Assembly (NCBI GenBank): GCA_002373935.1
Contig: DFKW01000004.1
Span: 27,704 to 91,703 of the forward strand
Source: Alphaproteobacteria bacterium UBA3635
GTDB lineage: Bacteria; Pseudomonadota; Alphaproteobacteria; Rs-D84
Reading direction: 5' to 3'
Length of the DNA stretch: 64,000 bases
Part shown: one piece after another, positions 58,467-64,000 of the stretch
Layout: every line of letters starts with the position of its first letter
How positions within the stretch are numbered: the stretch's first letter is position 1
The notes under the pieces: generated by a model
The model's input: the letters and a program-made list of their open reading frames with translations, nothing else
Told to the model about the DNA's origin: nothing
Database searches by the model: none
Position numbers and translations under genes: made by a program

Positions 58467-59559
58467 ATTAAAAGAAGTAACTATTCGTGAACTTGCCAAA
58501 GGTTATGTTGATAATATGGAAGACGGTGTTGTCGCGTATTCTGGGCGATTGGATGTTCGCCCGGCATATCAACGGGAATTTGTATATAAAGACAAACAAC
58601 GCGATAATGTTATTGATTCTGTTCGTAAAAATTATCCGTTAAATGTTATGTATTGGGTTGATAATGGAAATGACCAATATGAAATTTTAGACGGTCAACA
58701 ACGCACAGTTTCTATATGCCAGTATGTTAACGGGTATTTTTCAATAAACGACAGACAATTTGATTCTTTGGAACAAGACGAACAAGATAAAATTTTAGAT
58801 TATCAATTACAAGTTTATGTTTGTTCAAATGGAACAGATTCTGAAAAATTAGAATGGTTCAGGACTATAAATATTGCTGGCGAAAAATTATCTGACCAAG
58901 AATTACGTAATGCCACATATCGTGGGCCATGGTTGACCGAGGCAAAAAAACATTTCTCTAAAACCAATAATCCTGCCCAGGCAATCGGCGATAAATACAT
59001 TTCTGCAAAATGGAACAGACAAGAAGGTTTAGAAACGGTTTTATCTTGGATATCAGATGATAAAATAGAAAGGTATATGAACGAACACCAAAAAGATTCT
59101 AACGATAATGAATTATGGTTATATTTTCAATCTGTAATTGCTTGGGTAAAAACATTATTTCCAAATTACCGAAAAGAAATGAAATCTGTTAATTGGGGAT
59201 TGTTATATAATACATATCATACAAAATCGTTTGATGCCACAGAATTGGAAAAACAAATCTCTGTTTTGATGCAAGATAGCGAAGTTGAAAATAAACGTGG
59301 TATTTATGAGTATATATTTGATAACAACCAAAAACACCTTAATTTACGACAATTTGATGATAATATAAAACGCACTGTTTATGAAAAACATGGCGGTATT
59401 TGCCCAATGTGTCGTGGAACCGTAAATGAAAATAAAAAATGGGAAATCAGCGAAATGGAAGCTGATCATAATATTCCTTGGTCAAAGGGTGGAAAAACAG
59501 TAGAAGAAAATTGTGTAATGTTATGCAGACAACACAATCGTGAAAAAAGCGACAAGTAA
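58456..59559 (+). CDS. DUF262 (ParB/Srx-like, DGQQR motif) protein fused to a C-terminal HNH nuclease; GmrSD-like putative restriction endonuclease
   Basis: ILDGQQRTVSI. C-terminal CPMCRG...ADHNIPWSKGG...CVMLCRQHN (CxxC...H-N-H...CxxH). Overlaps the MTase gene by 11 bp. Confidence 0.65.
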   Translation: MEIKLKEVTIRELAKGYVDNMEDGVVAYSGRLDVRPAYQREFVYKDKQRDNVIDSVRKNYPLNVMYWVDNGNDQYEILDGQQRTVSICQYVNGYFSINDRQFDSLEQDEQDKILDYQLQVYVCSNGTDSEKLEWFRTINIAGEKLSDQELRNATYRGPWLTEAKKHFSKTNNPAQAIGDKYISAKWNRQEGLETVLSWISDDKIERYMNEHQKDSNDNELWLYFQSVIAWVKTLFPNYRKEMKSVNWGLLYNTYHTKSFDATELEKQISVLMQDSEVENKRGIYEYIFDNNQKHLNLRQFDDNIKRTVYEKHGGICPMCRGTVNENKKWEISEMEADHNIPWSKGGKTVEENCVMLCRQHNREKSDK

Positions 59560-59594
59560 AAAAAACACCGGTAAACACCGGTGTTTTTTTAATA
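59560..59594. terminator. Bidirectional terminator, CACCGGTG-family hairpin
   Basis: aaaaaaaacaccggtaaacaccggtgttttttt. Confidence 0.7.
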
Positions 59595-59606
59595 TTTTGA
59601 TTTATT

Positions 59607-61925
59607 TTATGCGCGCAAGGTTGCGTGGCATTTTGTTGTCACCGCAGTAATTACTTTATTTTGCAATTCTGTCAATTCGGCGTCGCCCATATTTGATGTT
59701 GGATAAATCGTGATTGTAAATGCCACAGATTTATTTCCGCTACCCATATCAAACGAGTCAAAAATCACAACATCGCCAATGCGATTATCCGCACCGCGCG
59801 CCGTCGCAACCAATTTTTCCGCGGGGAATTTTGCGTCCGTCACAAATGCAAAATCACGCGTGATTGGTTGAAATTCTGTGATTGGTGTTTTTGCATGTTT
59901 TGGCGCATCCGGCAGATTTTTTATATCATCAATAATCGCGATGACCGTTGGTGATTTTATATGCAACGCGTGCGCAATATTGGGATGCAATTCGCCAAAT
60001 TCTGCAATCCGTTTTGGACCCTGGGTTATGCGACCATATTTATATGGGTGCGCCCATTTTGGTGCATCGGTTGTGTCTATTGTATATTTTTGATTTCCAA
60101 TCAATGACAAAATATCAGATTTTACATCAAATACATCAACCGTGCGATTGCGTTTCATCCAATGTTTCGGTGATGTTGCGCCCGAACGCACGATACAAAT
60201 TTGTGTATGTTCGTCACCCGGCATATCACCATCAAATACCGTTCCCAATTCGAACATTGCGACATTTGGATAGCCGCGTTTGATATTGCCCGTCAACGCA
60301 ATCAATAAATTCCCCAATAAATTATTCCGCATGCAATCAAATTCAACCGTGATTGGATTTGATACCGGAATAATTGGTTTGTCGGTCAACATACCATCTA
60401 TTTTAGAATTACCAAAACCAAACGATATATTTTCGTTCAATCCCATATTCGCCAGGCGGCGTTTTAATCCAACACACCCGCGTGATTCTATTTTATCAGC
60501 GTTTTCTGATTTGGTTTCAACAACACCCGACAATCCCACACGGTCATAACCATAAATCCTGATTAGGTCAGACACAATGTTTTCCGGTGCGGTCATATCA
60601 ACACGCGCACTGCGTGGGGTGACGGTCCAAATTCCACCTTTGCCTTCGCTGACACTAAATTGCAAAGATTCCAAAATTTCGCGTTGTGTTGAAATCGGCA
60701 TATCAACACCCGTCCGTTGCAGGCAAAACGCCGGATTGTATGCAATTTTGTTCGGTGTAAATTCTGTGCGCCCGGCATTTACAACCGATACAATTTCACC
60801 GCCACACGCATCCATTATAATTTCCGCCGCCGCCGCCAATGCAGGTCCCGATACATTTGGGTCAATGCCGCGTTCATATCGATATGACGCGTCCGTTGAC
60901 AATCCCAACCGTTTTGCAGTTTTACGGATGCCCACCGGTTCAAAATACGCGGATTCTAAAATAATGTTTTTTGTGTCGTCCGTTGTCATTGCACGCGCAC
61001 CACCGATAATCCCCGCCAGTGCCAAAACACCCGACATATCGGCGATAACCAAATCTTTATCGGTCAATTCGTGTATGGCACCAAACAGGTCGGTAAACTT
61101 CTCGCCGTTTTGTGCCGTGCGAACGATAATTGGGCCGTCAACTTTGTCTGCATCAAAACAATGCAGGGGCTGCGACATATCATAACAGATATAATTTGTT
61201 GCATCCACACACGCGTTTTTCGGGTTTATGCCTGCCGCAGACAGACGACATGCAATCTTGTCAGATGACGGCGCATTTTTAATACCATGAATTTCCGCCA
61301 TGCGGTATGTCGGGCAACGGTCAGACATTATTTGCACACCGCGCGCACCCGGTTTTTCCGCCAAAATTTTTGGTGCTTTTGCGATATAACGCCCCACACC
61401 GCACGCCGCCAAATCCAGTGCAATCCCACGCACCGCCAAATAATCCGGACGGTTTGGTGTAATGCCGGTATCAAAAATTTCCGATGCATAAACACCCGCA
61501 ATCGGTGTTCCGGGATTGGTGTCAGAATCCAATTCCATAATACCGTCGTCATCTGGCCCAATGCCCAATTCTTGTTCACTGCACATCATGCCGTTTGATA
61601 CAACACCGCGCAATTTTCCAACCTCGATTTTATGCCCGTCGATTATGCAACCCGGGCGCGCCAATGCAGACACCATACCCACACGCACATTTGGCGCACC
61701 ACATACAACCTGGCGTAATTTACCAGACCCGTCGTCAACCATCAACACATGCAAATGGTCAGAATTTTCATGCGGGCGACACTCAACAATTTTTGCCGCA
61801 ATCGGTGGCGTGGGCGACACGAAATCTTCGACCTCGAGTCCGGTACGATTTAATGTTTCACAAATTTGTTCGGCGGAATAATCCGTATCCAGATATTCGC
61901 GCAACCATTCATATGTCCATTTCAT
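59607..61925 (-). CDS. pheT: Phenylalanyl-tRNA synthetase beta subunit
   Basis: 772 aa, N-terminal tRNA-binding domain, B3/B4, B5, FDX-ACB C-terminal domain. Confidence 0.9.
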   Translation of the reverse strand: MKWTYEWLREYLDTDYSAEQICETLNRTGLEVEDFVSPTPPIAAKIVECRPHENSDHLHVLMVDDGSGKLRQVVCGAPNVRVGMVSALARPGCIIDGHKIEVGKLRGVVSNGMMCSEQELGIGPDDDGIMELDSDTNPGTPIAGVYASEIFDTGITPNRPDYLAVRGIALDLAACGVGRYIAKAPKILAEKPGARGVQIMSDRCPTYRMAEIHGIKNAPSSDKIACRLSAAGINPKNACVDATNYICYDMSQPLHCFDADKVDGPIIVRTAQNGEKFTDLFGAIHELTDKDLVIADMSGVLALAGIIGGARAMTTDDTKNIILESAYFEPVGIRKTAKRLGLSTDASYRYERGIDPNVSGPALAAAAEIIMDACGGEIVSVVNAGRTEFTPNKIAYNPAFCLQRTGVDMPISTQREILESLQFSVSEGKGGIWTVTPRSARVDMTAPENIVSDLIRIYGYDRVGLSGVVETKSENADKIESRGCVGLKRRLANMGLNENISFGFGNSKIDGMLTDKPIIPVSNPITVEFDCMRNNLLGNLLIALTGNIKRGYPNVAMFELGTVFDGDMPGDEHTQICIVRSGATSPKHWMKRNRTVDVFDVKSDILSLIGNQKYTIDTTDAPKWAHPYKYGRITQGPKRIAEFGELHPNIAHALHIKSPTVIAIIDDIKNLPDAPKHAKTPITEFQPITRDFAFVTDAKFPAEKLVATARGADNRIGDVVIFDSFDMGSGNKSVAFTITIYPTSNMGDAELTELQNKVITAVTTKCHATLRA

Positions 61926-61937
61926 TTCTGTGTTCCT

Positions 61938-62894
61938 TTAAGCATCAAAACCACTATTTTTTAACCAGCGCACATCGCCATCGTAAAATTGCCGTATGTC
62001 GTTCAGGCCAAATTTCAACATCGCCAATCTGTCCCAACCAAAGCCAAATGCAAAACCCTGAAATTCATCCGGGTTCACACCACAATTACGCAATACATTT
62101 GGATGCACCATACCCGCACCCATAATTTCCAACCATTTATCGCCCCATTTAATATCAACCTCGATAGATGGTTCGGTGAACGGGAAATATGATGGACGGA
62201 TGCGCATTTCCAATTTTCTTTCAAAAAACCGTTCCAACAACACACGAATTGTCGCAACCAAATCAGACATTGTTATATGAGTGTCGATTTTATCAACATA
62301 TAACCCCTCAATCTGACCGAACATCGGGCTGTGTGTTGCGTCCATTTCTTTGCGATATGTGCGCCCGACACCAAACATTTTAATTGGCACACCATGTGTT
62401 TCCATCGCGCGAATTTGAATTGCCGATGTTTGTGTGCGCAATACATTGCCATTGTCCAAAAAGAAACTGTCCTGCATGTCACGCGCCGGATGATATGACG
62501 GAGTATTTAATGCGGTAAAGTTATGCCAGTCATCTTCAATCTCGGGTCCGGTCCACATTTCAAAACCCAACGATTCCAAAATTGTTCCAACCTGTAATAA
62601 TGTTTCGGTCAATGGATGAATTGTGCCACGATTTTTGGGTTCCGTATCCAATGTCACATCAACATATTCGGTTTTTAATTTTTGATTCAATGCCGCGGTT
62701 TCTAATTCAGATTGACGGATTTTGAACGCATCACGCAAAGCCGCATTTTCTTTATTTAATTTGGCACGCGCATCCGGCGCCATTTTCGACATTTCTTTTA
62801 ATTTTGCCGTCATGGTTCCGTTTTTACCGAATACGGATGTGTATAATTCCTGTAATTCTTCCAAAGTATTGATGTTTTTAATCTGTTCCTGCAT
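61938..62894 (-). CDS. pheS: Phenylalanyl-tRNA synthetase alpha subunit
   Basis: Class II motifs (FRPSYFPFTEPS, GFAFGFGWDRLAML). Start taken at MQEQIKN with RBS aaagg; the ORF-track start is 16 aa further upstream. Confidence 0.9.
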   Translation of the reverse strand: MQEQIKNINTLEELQELYTSVFGKNGTMTAKLKEMSKMAPDARAKLNKENAALRDAFKIRQSELETAALNQKLKTEYVDVTLDTEPKNRGTIHPLTETLLQVGTILESLGFEMWTGPEIEDDWHNFTALNTPSYHPARDMQDSFFLDNGNVLRTQTSAIQIRAMETHGVPIKMFGVGRTYRKEMDATHSPMFGQIEGLYVDKIDTHITMSDLVATIRVLLERFFERKLEMRIRPSYFPFTEPSIEVDIKWGDKWLEIMGAGMVHPNVLRNCGVNPDEFQGFAFGFGWDRLAMLKFGLNDIRQFYDGDVRWLKNSGFDA

Positions 62895-62976
62895 AACATA
62901 ACCTTTTATTATATATAAAAGCCGCCAAACACTTGACGGCATTTATTATTACAAAACAAACGACCACCGCCAAGGA

Positions 62977-63345
62977 TTATTTTGCATCCCCACCGTTAAA
63001 TCGTTTTGCAGTATCAATCAATTTTGTGAAGTTTTCATCACCCGCAAATGCCATTTCGGCCAAAACCTTGCGGTCCAGGGCGACGCCCGCCTTGCGCAGG
63101 CCGTTCATAAATTGAGAGTATGTCATACCGTTATTACGCACCGCGGCGTTGATACGGACAATCCACAAACCACGAAATTCGCGTTTTTTGACACGACGGT
63201 CGCGATATGCATATTGGCCCGCCTTTTCTGTTTTTTCGCGTGCCGCACGGTATGTTGAATGATGACGGCCCAAATAACCCTTGGCGCGCGCCAAAATTTT
63301 ATTATGTTTTTGTTTAACTGTTGTTCCACGTTTTACTCTTGCCAT
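62977..63345 (-). CDS. rplT: 50S ribosomal protein L20
   Basis: MARVKRGTTVKQKHNKILARAKGY is typical L20. Confidence 0.95.
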   Translation of the reverse strand: MARVKRGTTVKQKHNKILARAKGYLGRHHSTYRAAREKTEKAGQYAYRDRRVKKREFRGLWIVRINAAVRNNGMTYSQFMNGLRKAGVALDRKVLAEMAFAGDENFTKLIDTAKRFNGGDAK

Positions 63346-63357
63346 AATTGCCCCCTA

Positions 63358-63561
63358 TTATTTCAAACCGTATGGCGCCAAGATTTTCGCCTGGCCCATC
63401 ATGTTTTCGTTCAAATACTGTGGCTTGGACCCCGCGTTATTCGCGCGTTTGGATTTATGACGCAGTAATTTTTTGTGAGCATTTCTGGCAACACGGATTT
63501 TCCCAGTTGCAGTCATAGATGCACGTTTTTTCAAATATGACTTTGTTTTTAATTTTGGCAT
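63358..63561 (-). CDS. rpmI: 50S ribosomal protein L35
   Basis: MPKLKTKSYLKKRASMTATGKIRVARN, 67 aa, RBS aaagga. The ORF-track start at 63627 is an extension. Confidence 0.85.
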   Translation of the reverse strand: MPKLKTKSYLKKRASMTATGKIRVARNAHKKLLRHKSKRANNAGSKPQYLNENMMGQAKILAPYGLK

Positions 63562-63701
63562 TTTTAATCCTTTTGTTTTATGTCCTGATGGCAATGCCTC
63601 GATGCCATTTTGGACGGTTATGCCCATATTTTGGCATATAAAAAAGAAAAATCAAGTTTTTATTGAATATTGGGTTTTTAGACATTAAACTTACGGTGAA
63701 A

Positions 63702-64000
63702 ATGAACAAAAACACATTATCTTTGCGGACCGGAAAATTATTAAAGTCGGTTGCGGCCGCCGCCGCCGTGCCGTTGGTATTTATTTATGTGTTGGTTGCA
63801 AAACCGGATTTTTACCTGATAAATTGGGCGGGACATGTTATTTTGCCGGTGGCGCATTTTGTCGGTGATGTAATTACTTGGCCGGTGCGGGCGTTGGGTG
63901 AATCGTTTGAAAATATTTACGATTTGGCAAACTTACGCGCGGAAAATGAAAAATTACGCATGGAATTGGACGCATTGCGCGAAAATCAAAACTCTTGCGC
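63702..64000 (+). CDS. Partial CDS (3' truncated by window): N-terminal TM helix then coiled-coil; MreC-like or septation-type membrane protein
   Basis: MNKNTLSLRTGKLLKSVAAAAAVPLVFIYVL...LANLRAENEKLRMELDALREN. No stop codon before the window end. Confidence 0.35.
   Translation, partial: MNKNTLSLRTGKLLKSVAAAAAVPLVFIYVLVAKPDFYLINWAGHVILPVAHFVGDVITWPVRALGESFENIYDLANLRAENEKLRMELDALRENQNSC

Noticed and set aside
63358-63700. Expected infC upstream of rpmI-rplT
   Set aside because: No IF-3-like ORF is present between rpmI and the window-end gene. Its absence is noted rather than annotated.

Overview
This window is about 64 kb of an AT-biased Gram-negative (proteobacterial) chromosome. I cannot assign it to a taxon from sequence alone. 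Most of it is tightly packed housekeeping genes: xseB, mutS, truB, rpsO, an RluB-like pseudouridine synthase, rsmE, der, ybaB, pnp, parAB-rsmG, gpsA, recF-sspB, infB-nusA, lptF-lptD-surA-like-rlmN, metG, queH, fabD and fabG, mnmG, a type-2 ileS, nth, pheST, rplT-rpmI. There are three tRNAs: Cys-GCA, Val-TAC and Thr-CGT. I saw no rRNA, no CRISPR array, and no transposase or integrase. Several lineage-specific accessory features sit between the core genes. (1) Between nth and pheT there is a compact module: a divergent small XRE/C-protein-like HTH gene, a tandem TGATATCA operator, an NPPF-motif N6-adenine methyltransferase, and an overlapping DUF262 (DGQQR) protein with a C-terminal HNH nuclease. 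This looks like a controller-regulated restriction-modification or defence module with an unusual nuclease partner. (2) Two signal-peptide proteins at distant loci share a roughly 60-aa cysteine-rich C-terminal module (CWCK ... CAxxCxYxCxY ... DFR) that I do not recognise. (3) A short repeat built on AGTTCAAAGTTCA is dispersed through the window. One copy is inserted in frame inside metG, and one palindromic copy lies where acpP would be expected after fabG. (4) A roughly 200-bp multi-hairpin palindromic element and a consensus sigma70 promoter with a structured leader flank tRNA-Val. (5) Low-GC, lysine-rich ORFs of unknown function are inserted directly behind conserved genes: three after metG, one between fabD and fabG, one overlapping the mnmG stop. 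(6) An orphan TraG/VirD4-family coupling protein sits next to two lipoproteins, one of them LpoB-like. (7) A DevBCA/MacAB-TolC-like efflux operon. (8) A 5'-truncated pentapeptide-repeat protein built from about 123-bp tandem coding repeats. (9) Six near-identical CACCGGTG-core terminator hairpins recur, and parS-like sites and GCCGG-rich T-tract hairpin repeats flank parAB. All calls are from manual reading of the sequence and motif recollection; no database search was possible.
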